Shown: positions 12,233-23,620 of the stretch, one piece after another
Layout: each line of letters starts with the position of its first letter
Position numbering within the stretch: position 1 is the first letter of the stretch
From: Mobula hypostoma
Taxonomy: Eukaryota
Direction of reading: 5' to 3'
Length of the DNA: 64,000 nt
NCBI RefSeq assembly: GCF_963921235.1
Contig: NC_086118.1
Location: forward strand, 29,018,001-29,082,000
Program-made: the position numbers and the translations under genes
The notes under the pieces: generated by a model
Databases searched by the model: none
What the model was told of the DNA's origin: nothing
The model's input: the letters and a program-made list of their open reading frames with translations, nothing else

Positions 12233-13931
12233 TTCTTTAATAGATTTGACATTGTGACCCCTGCCCATCCCCCACATGAGTCATCTGTTGTCGGCCCCCA
12301 ACCAACACATATTCCACTCTCCCCTCCTACCCCTCCTCACAGTCCCCCACCCTGCTCTCATCACTATAGCCCTCCCCCACATGAAACCACCATGGTGGGC
12401 TTCACAGCTGAACAGGTGAGAAGACAGCTGAAACGTCTCAACCCAAGCAAGGCTGCAGGACCAGATGGTGTCAGTACCAGGGTGCTCAAAGCCTGTGCCC
12501 CTCAGCTATGTGGAGTACTTCGCCATGTCTTCAACCTGAGCCTGAGACTCCAGAGAGTTCCTGTGCTGTGGAAGACGCCCTGCCTCGTCCCTGTGCCCAA
12601 GACACCGCACCCCAGCGGCCTCAATGACTACAGATCAGTGGCATTGACTTCCCACATCATGAAGACCCTGGAGGGACTTGTTCTGGAGCTGCTCTGGCCT
12701 ATGGTTAGGCCACACTTAGATCCCCTCCAGTTTGCCTACCAGCCCCGACTAGGAGTTGAGGATGCCATTGTCTACCTGCTGAACCGTGTCTACGCCCACC
12801 TGGACAAGCCAGCGAGCACTGTGAGGGTCATGTTTTTTGACTTCTCCAGTGCGTTCAACACCATCCGCCCTGCTCTGCTGGGGGAGAAGCTGACAGCGAT
12901 GCAGGTGGATGCTTTCCTGGTGTCATGGATTCTTGATTACCTGACTGGCAGACCACAGTACGTGTGCTTGCAACACTGTGTGTCCGACAGAGTGATCAGC
13001 AGCACTGGGGCTCCACAGGGGACTTGTCTCCCTTTCTCTTCACCATTTACATCTCCGACTTCAACTACTGCACAGAGTCTTGCCATCTTCAAAAGTTTTC
13101 TGATAACTCTGCCATAGTTGGATGCATCAGCAAGGGAGATGAGGCTGAGCACAGGGCTACGGTAGGAAACTTTGTAACATGGTGTGAGCAGAATTATCTG
13201 CAGCTTAATGTGAAAAAGACTAAGGAGCTGGTGGTAGACCTGAGGAGAGTTAAGGCACGGGTGACCCCTGTTTCCATCCAGGGGGTCAGTGTAGACATGG
13301 TGGAGGATTACAAATACCTGGGGATTCGAATTGACAATAAACTGGACTTGACAAGGATCACTGAGGCTGTCTACAAGAAGGGTCAGAGCCATCTCCATTT
13401 CCTGAGGAGACTGAGGCCCTTTAACATCTGTCGGACAACGCTGAGGATGTTCTATGAGTCTGTGGTGGCCAGTGTGATCGTGTTTGCTGTTGTGTGCTGG
13501 GGCAGCAGGCTGAGGGTAGCAGACACCAGCAGAATCAACAAACTCATTCGTAAGGCCAGTGATGTTGTGGGGATGGAACTGGACTCTCTGACGGTGGTGT
13601 CTGAAAAGAGGATGCTGTCCAAGTTGCATGCCATCTTGGACAATGTCTCCCATCCACTACATAATGTATTGGTTGGGCACAGGAACACATTCAGCCAGAG
13701 ACTCATTCCACCGAGATGCAACACAGGGCGTCATAAGAAGTCATTCCTGCCTGTGGCCATCAAAATTTACAACTCCTCCCTTGGAGGGTCAGACACCCTG
13801 AGCCAATAGGCTGGTCCTGGGCTTATTTCCTGGCATAATTTACATATTACTATTTAATTATTTATGGTGCAACTGCAATGAAAACCAATTTCCCCCGGGA
13901 TCAATAAAGTATGACTATGACTATGACTACT
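12233..13931 (+). mobile_element. Rex1/Babar-like LINE, 5'-truncated, RT nearly intact
   Basis: ORFs 12116-13117 and 12964-13809 (KAAGPDG, DPLQFAY, FDFSSAFNTI, GAPQG / LSPFLF, KFSDNS, YKYLG) joined by one frameshift near 13023; aataaa then (atgact)n tail; TSD atttt. Confidence 0.94.
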
Positions 13932-13934
13932 ATT

Positions 13935-14125
13935 TTATCTTGTTTGGTTGGAGCGGTTAAACTTCTCAACAAACTGTATGCCTTTCTGCCAAGGCATAGA
14001 ACAAAGTTGGCATTCGCGTCTCAGTGGCTATTTGCTCAATTTGCTCAGAGTACAAAATCCAGTTATCACTTGTGCAGTCAAACAAATCAGTCTTTCCAAT
14101 GTAGCCAGCCATTTCTGATCTTTTA
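13935..14125 (-). pseudogene. Gypsy gag N-terminus
   Basis: MAGYIGKTDLFDCTSDNWILYSEQIEQ (ORF 13966-14172), then AYSLLRSLTAPTK. Confidence 0.8.
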
Positions 14126-14338
14126 CTTATAATTAACATTAATTCATTGTTCATGAACCTGTGTTCTTCCATTTTCTGCTTTTTTTAAAAATTCAATCAC
14201 CTCTGTCTCCTTTTCTGAAACGCTGCACAGTTTTTAAACTTGACCATTTTGCTGTACTTTTTAAAAATGTGAACGTCTCACTGTGCTTCAACAGGTAAGC
14301 AGTCATCTCGGATTTGTTTAAAACACCCTTGTTAGCAC

Positions 14339-14555
14339 TGTTATGTTCTGCAACTCCAAAACATAAACTAATTAAAGTAAAAACAAGAAAGTCCAGAACG
14401 CATGGACATGTATGATGTGGTGGAGTGATGACATATACCATTCATGTACTTCATACATATAACCATAATGAATTATATAAACAACAAAGAATGCTTAATC
14501 AAACAATATACTTACAAGATTACTCAAATGTTACTGAAATATTAAACACACAACA
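14339..14555 (-). repeat. 5' LTR of Gypsy element 1
   Basis: TG...CA termini; homologous to 7867-8112; followed on the minus strand by PBS-like gtgctaacaaggg and then gag. Confidence 0.88.
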
Positions 14556-16875
14556 CTTAATGTTTGAGTATAGGGCATCAGATGAATTATTATCTATTAC
14601 TAAGTTCAAACTCACATCTTAAGTTAATATTCCTGAAAATACCATATATGTGAAGTAACCACTTGCCTGAGTATTTATCGCTTTGCGGCACAGTCCTGTT
14701 TTATCTTTTGTTGATGAGATCAGTCTTCTTATTGAGTACTTTTCAGTGCAAGAGATCTGGACAAACTAAAGCTGATGGTCTTTAATATGTTCTTTATTTA
14801 ATCCTGGCTTTGAGTTGCCTGAGATATAATTTCTTTGTTAACATAAATACTCCTTTCATGGTCCATGAAATTCATAGATTTCCGTAGCATATTTTATGCT
14901 TATGACTGTTAATGTATGGAAATACCTGAACATGGCTAGTTAGGTGCATTAGCACACAGCAACAGAGCATGCAGCTTCTGTGATTTTCATTCATGCATGT
15001 GGTTGCAGTGATGCACAGCACACGTGCAGAAGCTGGATTTCGCAATGTGTCAGAGCTTACCTTAGTAGTGTTAAAATATGATCCAGTCCGAACTCATGGA
15101 GCCAGGCCCCAGGGAGTTTGGCATTAGATTAAAAATCATACAAACTGCAGATATGTCCTGACAATTCTCCCTTGGAGCTCCCAACTCCCAACTCCCTTGT
15201 GACGCTTACATCACCAACATCCCAATCATGTCCCCACTCACAATCAATCCTGATTCCGACCACTGGCATGTCAGCCAAGCATAACTTTCCTCAAGCCACT
15301 CATTCTCCAATCTAAACCTGGATGTCAGAGTCCTTCTTTAAGACACTGACCTTCTGCCCATTTCCCCTTGTCTTCTCTCCTGGACCTCAAGAGCATCGCG
15401 TGCAACTCATCTGTTCTCGTTTTGCTCCACAGCTGCAGAGAGCCTGAACTAAAGGATTTTGAGTATGCTAAATGTATGAAACCTCATCTATGACATATAA
15501 TACGCTGGGTCTCTTACAGAATAGAATTTTGCAGAAATAGAATTGCAAACAAACGAAATACATTGACCCTCTCTTACAGTATCATGATCTTCAAACACCA
15601 ACATGAGGGCCGAGAAATGACACAAACAAACTCTAATTATTGATCACATTATGAAAAACACAGTAGACCGGAGTGTCCTGGACCCAGCTCATTGGCCAAG
15701 CTCACTACCTGAGACACTTGCTTACATTTCTTGAAGTGTAGGAATAAGGACATTGATGGAGGGATTGGGAGGAGACCCGACATCTAATGGCTAGAGGAAG
15801 CTCTAAGTGATGAGTAAAGCACAAGCAATAGACCCTGAGGCCCTGCCCCTAGAACTACCTGAGATATACTGCTTTCTGGTGTGAATTTTTTGAATGTTTC
15901 TGCTGGTCAGAAATGTATAAAAATAATTCAAATGGGTTAAAATAATTTATAACAGTATTGTCTTACAGATCTGAAAAATAAAATAAGAAATAAGAAATAC
16001 CTTAAAACGGTAACCAATAGTCAAGCTTTTAAAAAAGTAAAAGCAGTACTCAAACAGTCACCTCTCAACCCTCCCCAGACCTATATCTATTTATTTGCCA
16101 GGCATCCCTGCAAAGAAACAAGGGATTGGATGTAAAACCATACCCTTAGATCAGCATGTCAGTGCAGCCACTGAAGTCAACATTGAGTCCAGCAGCAATG
16201 AGGAGATCAAAAGAGAGACCATTGACCTCCATCTCATCACTGACTTCCTCATTGCAAAGAATTGGCACAGAAGTGATTGACAGAGAGAACATTGCAGGCC
16301 TTTCTGATGGAACTGCTCATGAAACGTTAGGATGTTCAGGCCCAATGCATCTATTTTTTTTCCAAAAGCATTAACTGAAACTTAAACTTAATTCGGAAAA
16401 ACACACAAAAACAAGAAATAAGATTTAAATGAACAAATAAAATTATGTAAACCATCTGAAACTTACCTCTCCAATTCTCTGCAGTAAAATGAACTGAGTC
16501 TGTGCACCTACAGCCTGATAGGTCTTTTCTGGTGCAAACTCAGTAGACAGATTCCCAGTGGAAAATTCACTCTCTACCATTGAACTACACAGGAGGTCAA
16601 GCATTGGGACACAGTGCTCCTGACAGCAGCAATCAACCGTATATCAGTTCAGGACTTTGACCTTTTATGCTGAATCCCAGATTTAGGATTCTGGAGGGAT
16701 TTAACTATTTTTCAGGAAATTTCAAGACATTTTTATGGTGGGAGATACCAAATGATTGAAATAGATATTTAAAAACGAAAACAACAGGAATTCTGCAGAT
16801 GCTGGAAATTCAAGCAACACACATCAAAGTTGCAGGTGAACGCAGCAGGCCAGGCAGCATCTCTAGGAAGAGGTA

Positions 16876-16913
16876 CAATCGATGTTTCAGGCCGAGACCC
16901 TTCATCAGGACTC
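16876..16913 (-). ncRNA. Minimal hammerhead ribozyme motif, antisense arm (stem III mismatched)
   Basis: Minus strand GAGTC CTGATGA AGG GTCTCGG CCT GAAAC ATC GATTG; core intact, stem III palindrome broken. Confidence 0.5.
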
Positions 16914-16916
16914 TGT

Positions 16917-16954
16917 TGGTCCTGATGAAGGGTCTCGGCCTGAAACGTTGACTG
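16917..16954 (+). ncRNA. Minimal type I hammerhead ribozyme motif
   Basis: TGGTC [CTGATGA] AGG-GTCTCGG-CCT [GAAA]C GTT GACTG: stem I UGGUC/GACUG, 3-bp stem II, palindromic loopless stem III (ACGU), GUU triplet. This is the minimal architecture known from Penelope-like elements. Confidence 0.68.
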
Positions 16955-17030
16955 TACCTCTTCTTAGAGATGCTGCCTGGCCTGCTGCATTCACCAGCAA
17001 CTTTGAAAGAGATATTTGTTACTTTTATTC

Positions 17031-17264
17031 AACAACATCTGCGGATGCTGGAAATCAAAACAACACACACAAAATGCTGGAGGAACTCAGCAGGCCAGGC
17101 AGCATCTATGGAAAAGAGTAAACAGCCGACGTTTCAGGCCTATATCCTTCTTCAGAACAAAGGGTTTTCTCATGAAGGGTCTCGGCCCAAAATGTTGACT
17201 TTTTACTCTTTTCCATAGATGCTGCCTGGCTTGCTGAGTTTCTCCAGCATTTTGTGTGTGTTGC
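17031..17264. mobile_element. Penelope-terminus-derived fold-back element B
   Basis: Inverted arms caacacacacaaaatgctggaggaactcagcaggccaggcagcatctatggaaaagagtaaa / tttactcttttccatagatgctgcctggcttgctgagtttctccagcattttgtgtgtgttg; 16-bp TSD with 2 mismatches at 17015-17030 and 17265-17280. Confidence 0.88.
17123..17160 (-). ncRNA. Minimal hammerhead ribozyme motif (weak stem I)
   Basis: Minus strand TTGTT CTGAAGA AGG ATATAGG CCT GAAAC GTC GGCTG; intact core and GUC triplet. Confidence 0.45.
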
Positions 17265-17525
17265 TTTATTACTTTAATTCCTGTTTCATTCCAGTGGTAT
17301 TCTGGCTAATGCTGGCTGAACCAATACATCCTCAGCTTGAGACCAGCAGCAGAAGCAAGAATAAACAAGATAGCAAATGACTACAGCATCTTTCCCACAA
17401 CAAGACCCATGAGTTGACACAAAAATCATATGACTTAGCAAATTTTCACGCAGTGGTTGTGATAACTTGACAAGAACAGAAAAAATGACAGATATACTGC
17501 CTTATATCAAAAGGACATGAGAGCT

Positions 17526-17636
17526 TTTAATGGACAGCCACTGTCACACTTTATTAATCCCACTATTATTAATATGACAGCTGGTTAAATTCATAAAAGT
17601 AGGATTAACAAAGTGTGGCAATGGTTGTCCATTAAA
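17526..17636. repeat. Imperfect 111-bp palindrome (old MITE-like hairpin)
   Basis: tttaatggacagccactgtcacactttattaatcccact pairs with agtaggattaacaaagtgtggcaatggttgtccattaaa; centre near CAGCTG 17578-17583. Confidence 0.8.
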
Positions 17637-17952
17637 CAATGTGCAGGATAATGTCCATTATTGTATTAACTCTAATAAACTGCTAACCTTGTTAATCTGA
17701 CAATGTCATTTCTGACCAAACTATTTGATTAATAAGTTTTACTGTTAAAAATTTTGAATGGATTATATTAAGGTATTTTTTCCATTCACTTCTTCAATTG
17801 ATTGCATTATTTTTCATTAAATTAATTATATTATTATTTGTGTTTGTATACGGGAATGAACGAATGTATGATGCTCATTTAGATAATTTGTATCATGGTA
17901 TTAAAATATCACAAAAGTATTGTTTCATTTTCATTGTAAGCACTTAAAAATG

Positions 17953-18140
17953 ATTCAAGTACATTTATTATCAAAGAGTGTATTAATTATACAACCTTGA
18001 GATTTGCTTGCTCACAGGTAGCCACAAACCAAGAAACCCAAAATAATCCAATTAAGGATAAGAAAGAATAAAAATTAAAATTAAAGGCTAACACCCGATA
18101 CGCAAGGGGAAGGAAAAAAAAAACAAATCATGCAAACAGT
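17953..18140 (-). mobile_element. Non-autonomous retroposon 3' fragment with a Rex1-type tail
   Basis: Homologous to 36368-36600 (agtacatttattatcaaaga...atacaaccttgagatttg...aaacaaatcatgcaaa). Confidence 0.7.
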
Positions 18141-18559
18141 TCTGTGATACAAAATAGCTGTGGCCAGCAAAAAGTGTTGAACTGTTCAACTGGACCCTAA
18201 TTCTTCATCACTGCTGAGAAATTGACTCATGAAGGATCATGTTAAATTGCTCTGGATTGCTTCAGATACTATTTTTTTATGTAGTAAGATGATATTATGG
18301 CAATATTCCTATTATTTTGAAACTAACCTTGAGAATGATCATTAAAGTACTCAGTGAGAATTTGTCATTGTTAGAGCCCTTTCTGGCCTGTGAGTTCCCT
18401 TGGAGCTCTAACATGAGAATCTCTTTGCATGCACACATAATAGCTTTAGCCTCCATGCACCTACCATTCTTCAGGAGAATGTAGACCAGATGTTAGTTCG
18501 TGCCCAGTTCTAATTCTTTGCCAGTGTTGCCGTTTTGGACTTCAATGATCAAATCTATG

Positions 18560-18865
18560 CTTGAAGTGAGAATGCCTGTGGTCTTTAGGGTCTTTGATAA
18601 TGCTGGCTGCATTACTAAGGCAGTGAGATGTATAGAGAAAGTTCATGAAGGAGAGGTTCCATCCATGATGTGCTGAGCTGTGCCCACAACCCTCTGCAGG
18701 TTCTTGCCAAACTGAGAATCTGAGCTATGATGCACCCTGACAGAATGCTTTCTGTGGTGCATCGACAAAAATGGGTAATGGTTGATAGGGACATGCCAAA
18801 TTTTGCCTCCTGAGGAAGTAGAGGCATTGCGGAGCTTCTTGGACGTAGCGTCAATGTGTCTGTAC
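18560..18865 (-). mobile_element. Rex1/Babar-like LINE fragment
   Basis: KFGMSLSTITHFCRCTTESILSGCII in ORF 18615-18878. Confidence 0.7.
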
Positions 18866-18867
18866 CA

Positions 18868-19190
18868 GGAATGGCCACAGGGATACTCTGTACTGGCTGC
18901 CTATTCCCCTTTTCCCTCTCCTGGCAGGCACACAGCTATCTACCTCCTGCAACCTAGGGGTGAGTACTACCCTGTAGCTCCTATCTATCACCTTCTCATT
19001 TTTCCGTATGAACCAGAGGTTATTCAGCTGCAGCTCCAGTTCCTTAATACGGTCTCTAAGGAGCTGAAGCTCGATGCACTTTGTGCAGTTGTAGTTATCA
19101 GGGAAACTGAAGGTCTTCTAAATTTCCCACATTTCACATAAGAAACAAACCACAACCTCCTAATCTATTCTTAGTGCACTAGCTATGTAC
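18868..19190 (-). mobile_element. CR1 ORF1 N-terminal fragment, inverted relative to the adjacent CR1 body
   Basis: Minus strand CEMWEI*KTFSFPDNYNCTKCIELQLLRDRIKELELQL...PVAIP: zinc-finger/leucine-zipper of CR1 ORF1. Confidence 0.75.
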
Positions 19191-19192
19191 TA

Positions 19193-21808
19193 GAGGAGAA
19201 TTTAAACTACTTTGGCAGGGGAATGGGAAAGGAGTGATAGGGCTGAGGATGGGGAAGTTGGTGCAGAAATAGATGCAAATGAGGAGGGACAGTCAAAATT
19301 GCAGTCAATTGGATCGAGTTAGAGTGTAACAGGGGGCCAAAATTTAACAGGGTGACGAATACAGGACTGAAGGTGTTATATTTGAATGCACACAGTATGT
19401 GAAATAAGGTGGTGCTATTAGTGATTGGTGGTCTGTGATGCTGTAGGCATCTCTGATTTGTGGCTGAAAGAAGACCATAGTTGGGTGCTCAACATCCAAG
19501 GATACAGATTGTATCGAATGGACAGGTGTGTAGGCAGATGAGGAGGCGTGGCTCTGTTGGTAAAAAATGAAATCAAATCCTTAGAATGAGGTGACACACT
19601 GTAGAATCAAAAGATGTAGAATCCTTGTGGGAAGAGTTGAGAAACTGAAAGGTTAAAAAGACTTTGGTGATAGTTATATACAGGCCTCAGAACAGTAGCC
19701 AGGATGTGGGCTACAAACTACACCAGGAGATAGAAAAGGCATATAAAAAGAGCAATGTTATGATAATTATGGGGAGTTTTCAATATGCCAGTAGATTGTA
19801 AAAATCAGATTGATGTTGGATCCCAAGAAAAGGAATTTGTAGAATGCCTGTGAGCTGGCCTTTTAGAGCAGCTTTTGCTTGAGCCCACTACTGGAATGGC
19901 AGCTCTGGACTGGGTGTTAGGTAATGTCCCAGTTTTGATTCGGAAACTTAAAGTTAAGGAATCCTTAGGAGGCAGTGATCATAATATGGTAGAATTCACC
20001 CTGTAGTTTGAGAAGGAGAAGCTAGAATTGGATGTGTTAGTTTTACATTGGAGTAAAGAGAATTACAGAGGCATGAGAGAGGACTGCTAGAAAGTTATGC
20101 TGCAGAGGTAGTAATGGGAGAATAAAGAAATGGCAGACAAACAATAAGTATTTGGTGTCAGTCTTCACTATGGAATTCATTGGAAGAATAGCAGAAATGC
20201 GAGAGTGTTGGGGGCAGAAGTGGGTGTTGTTGCTATTACTAAGGTGCTTTAGAAGCTGAATAGCTGGTAGGTAGAAAGGTCACCTGGACAGGATGGACTA
20301 CACCCCATGGTTCTGAAAGACGTAGCTGAAGAGATTGTGGAGGCACTAGTAATGACCTTTCAGGAATCACTAAATTCTGGACAGAAAAATTGTATATGTC
20401 AGTCCACTCTTTAAAAAAGGAGGAAAGAAGAAGGAAGGACATTTTAGACCAGTTAACCTGGCATTAGTGGTTGGAAAGATGTTGGTGTCTATTATTTAGA
20501 ATGAGGTTTCAAGGTACTTGGAGGCACATGATAAAATAGGCCAAAGTCAGCATGGTTTTCTAATGTGCAAATCTTGCCTGACAAATCTGTTGGAATTCTT
20601 TAAGGAAATAAAAAGTACAATGGACAATCAAGAATCGTGGATGTTGTTTATTTGAATTTTCAGAAGGCTTTTGACAGGGTGTTGCACAAGGATGCTGAAC
20701 AGAATAAGAGCTCATGGTATTAGAGGAAAGGTGCTAACATGGATAAAAATTTGACTGACAAAGAGTGGGAATAAAGGAGGTTTTTTCTGCTTGGCTGCTG
20801 GTGACTAGCTGTGTGCCTCAAGGGTTGGTGTTGGGGCTATTTCCTTTCACGTTATATGTCAATGCTCTGGATGAAGGAAATGATGGTTTTGTGGCCGAGT
20901 TTGTGGACGATACAAAGATAGGTGGAGGAGCAGGTAGAGTTGAGGAAGCAGGGTATCTGCAGAAGGACTTAAATAGACAGGGGAATGGACAAAGAAGTGG
21001 CAGGTGGAATATGGTGTAGGGAAGTGCACAAATAATAAAGACATGAACTATTTTCTAAATGGAGAGAACATTCAAAAATCAGAGGTGCAGAGGAACTTGG
21101 AAGTCCTTGTGCAGTATTCCCTAAAAGTTAACTTGCAGGTTAAGTCAGTGGTAAGGAAGGCAAATGCAATATTAGCATTCATTTTGAGAGGACTAGAAGA
21201 CAAAAGCAAGGATGTAATGCTTAGGCTTTTTGAGGCATTGATCAGACTGCATTTGAATTATGTTGAGAAGTTTTGGGCCCCTTGTCTAAGAGAAGATGTG
21301 CTGAATTTGGAGAGGATGCAGAGGAGGTTCTCTAGAATGATCCCAGGAATGAAAGAGTTAACTTATGAGGAGCCTTTGATGGCTGTGGGCCTGTACTTCC
21401 CAGATCTTAGAAGGATAAGGAGGGATCTCATTGAGACCTGTTAAATATTGAAAGGTCTAGATAGAGTGGATGTGGAGAGAATGTTTCCCATTATGGAGGA
21501 AACTAGGACCGGAGCGCACAGGCTCAGAATTGGGAGATGTCCACTTGGTCCAGAGATGAGGAAAAGTTACTTTAGCCAGAGAGTGGTGAATCTGTGGAAT
21601 TCATTGCCACAGATGGCTGTGCAGGCTAAGTCATTTGGTATATTTAAGGTAGAGGATGGTAGGTTCTTGATTAATCAGGGCATGAAAGGTTAAGGGGAGA
21701 AGGCAGGAGAATGGGTTTGAGAGGGTTGATGTTTCAGCCATGGTGGAGTGGCAGAGCAGGCTAGAGATGCTGAAAGCCCTCATTCTGCTCCTAAGTCTTA
21801 AGGTCTTA
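19193..21808 (+). mobile_element. CR1-like LINE, degenerate, endonuclease + RT + 3' UTR
   Basis: APE remnants (YLNAHSM*NK, VIYRP, LGGSDHN), VPQGLVLG, FVDDTK, FSQRVVNLWNSLP; gtctta tail. Confidence 0.9.
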
Positions 21809-22009
21809 GGAGAGGCTATTAGATCATCCCAGGAACTGAAAGCTTTCAACTCTCTTGACCTCAGCCCAACTAAACTAATTCCTTCTGCTTATGCAATGTC
21901 CACATCCTTCCATTTCACAGACATTCTTCTCCCTGAAGGTCTCAGGAAGAGCTCTGAAGTGATCAGCAGAGTAAGACTTAATGAATATATGCACACACAA
22001 ATCAGGAGA

Positions 22010-22740
22010 AGACATCAGGCACTCATCCCTTTAAGCCCAATCTATAATAAAACCATAGCCAATCTGATTGTAAACTCCTCTCCACTTTCCTCTCTAGCTG
22101 CAGTAACACTTCATCCCTTCGGTTATCAAGTCTCTTCACCTCTGAGCCAAATACATTGATTCTAACACACTTTAAGGAAGAGACTTCCAAAGTCCAGTGA
22201 CTTTCTGAGAGAAAATTGTTGCTTCATCTCTGATTTAAATGGGAAGTTGCTTGTTTTTTTTAAAATAAAGACCCCTAGTTCTTGGAGACACTAGTAGCTA
22301 CAGATACTGGAATCTGGAGTAACAATCTACTGGACGAACTCAGTGAGTCAAATTCCACCAGCAGGTTGTTTGTTGCCCTGAAGTCTAGATTCTTCCATGA
22401 AATAATCATCCTCTGCACATGCATTCTGTTCAGATCTCTCAAGATCTTGTACAATTCAATCATCATCACTCAGTCTTCTAAGCTCCAACAGATACAAGTC
22501 AAGTTTGTCCAACATCTCTTCATTATAAAACCTATTACAGTAATTGATTGAGTAAATTTTTCTCTGCTTCCAACATATCTCCATCCTACTTTAATTAAGG
22601 GGACCAATACTCTACATTGTACTCCTAATATGATTTCATTAATAACCTATTTAACTAAAGCTATTGTCTTACTCACTTCTCTATTTCATTCTCATTTGCA
22701 CTAAGTGGTTACATTCCGTTAGCTTTCTTAATTATGTGCT
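22010..22740 (-). mobile_element. Old CR1 3' fragment (with a short Penelope terminal piece near 22295-22350)
   Basis: Minus strand IELYKILRDLNRMHVQRM; similar to the CR1 3' ends elsewhere in the window. Confidence 0.6.
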
Positions 22741-22747
22741 GTACCTG

Positions 22748-23274
22748 CTCTCAGTGGTCACTTTATGAGCTACTTCCTACACCTATTAATGTGGCCATTG
22801 AATGCCTGTCCATGCTCTTCCACTGCTGTAGCCCACTCACTTCAAAGTGCATTCAGAGATACTCAACTGCACACCACTGTGTGGTTATTTGAATTACTGT
22901 CGCCTTCCTGTCAGTTCTGTTCATTCTCCTCTGATTTGTTTCATTAACAAGACATTTTTGCCCACAGAACTACTACTCACTGAATGTCTTTTTTTATGAT
23001 TCTCTGTAAATTCTAAAGACTATTGTGTGTGAAAATCCCAGGGGATCAGCAATTTCTGAGGTAATCAAACCACCACTTCTGGCACCAACCATCATTCCAT
23101 GGTCAAAGTCACTTAGATCACATTTCTTCCCCATTCTGATGTTTGGTCAGAACAACAAATGAGCTTTTTGACCATGTCTGCATGTTTTGAGCTGCTACCA
23201 CATGACTGGCTGCTTAAATATTTGCATTAACAAGCAAGAGTCACCAGTGCACCTAATAAAGTTGCCGCTGAGTC
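22748..23274 (-). mobile_element. Tc1-derived non-autonomous DNA transposon
   Basis: Degenerate TIR cactcagtggccactttattaggtac at both ends; homologous to 49071-49632 and 56218-56766. Confidence 0.82.
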
Positions 23275-23524
23275 TGTGTAATAGTTCTTTGCAAATTGTG
23301 TACCAGGACACCCAGATGCTGCAACCACACAACCACAGCATCAGAAACAGTGAAGGACGCAGGACACAATGCGAGCAATGTGAGGTGCTACGAGAACCAT
23401 GTTCACTCAATCAGCGGCTTGTTTGTCAGAAGTAAAGCAAGAGGTGTGATATTTCCATAACAGCTTCAGATTTGCACCTTCCTTTAAGAGATCAAAGCTG
23501 GCTTTAAGCAATAAAAGACTATAC

Positions 23525-23620
23525 ATACGCTCTGTGGCCACCTTGTTAGGGGCACCTGTACACCTGCTCATTAATGCAAATATCTAATCAGCCAATCATG
23601 TGGCAGCAACTCAACGCATG
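23525..23620 (+). mobile_element. Tc1-derived element, terminal fragment
   Basis: TIR plus cacctgctcattaatgcaaatatctaatcagccaatcatgtggcagcaactca, the reverse complement of the right end of the other copies. Confidence 0.7.

Larger units (their letters stand above)
7867..14555 (-). mobile_element. Gypsy/Ty3 LTR retrotransposon, internally deleted, carrying captured RBM25 cDNA, interrupted by 4 LINE insertions
   Basis: Related LTRs 7867-8112 and 14339-14555; flanks CTTAT (7862-7866) and CTTAA (14556-14560) as a 5-bp TSD; PBS-like site next to the 5' LTR; PPT aagcagggaggaa (8113-8125, minus); collinear gag pieces at 13935-14125, 11945-12220 and 9640-9920; protease/linker at 8895-9165; integrase C-terminal tail at about 8240-8430. 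Confidence 0.9.
16771..17005. mobile_element. Penelope-terminus-derived fold-back element A
   Basis: 87-bp inverted arms 16825-16911 and 16919-17005 around a 7-bp spacer; TSD TTGAAA(T/G)AGATATTT at 16756-16770 and 17003-17017. Confidence 0.88.

Noticed and set aside
14339..14555. Solo LTR
   Set aside because: No TSD around it alone; PBS and gag follow on the minus strand, and the TSD pairs with the LTR at 7867.
15540..16380. Short ORFs as possible host exons
   Set aside because: No recognisable protein motif or consistent splice-site and frame support.
16756..17280. CRISPR array, bacterial terminators or REP elements
   Set aside because: Vertebrate repeat context, no repeat-spacer periodicity and no cas genes; the arms match Penelope termini in this window.
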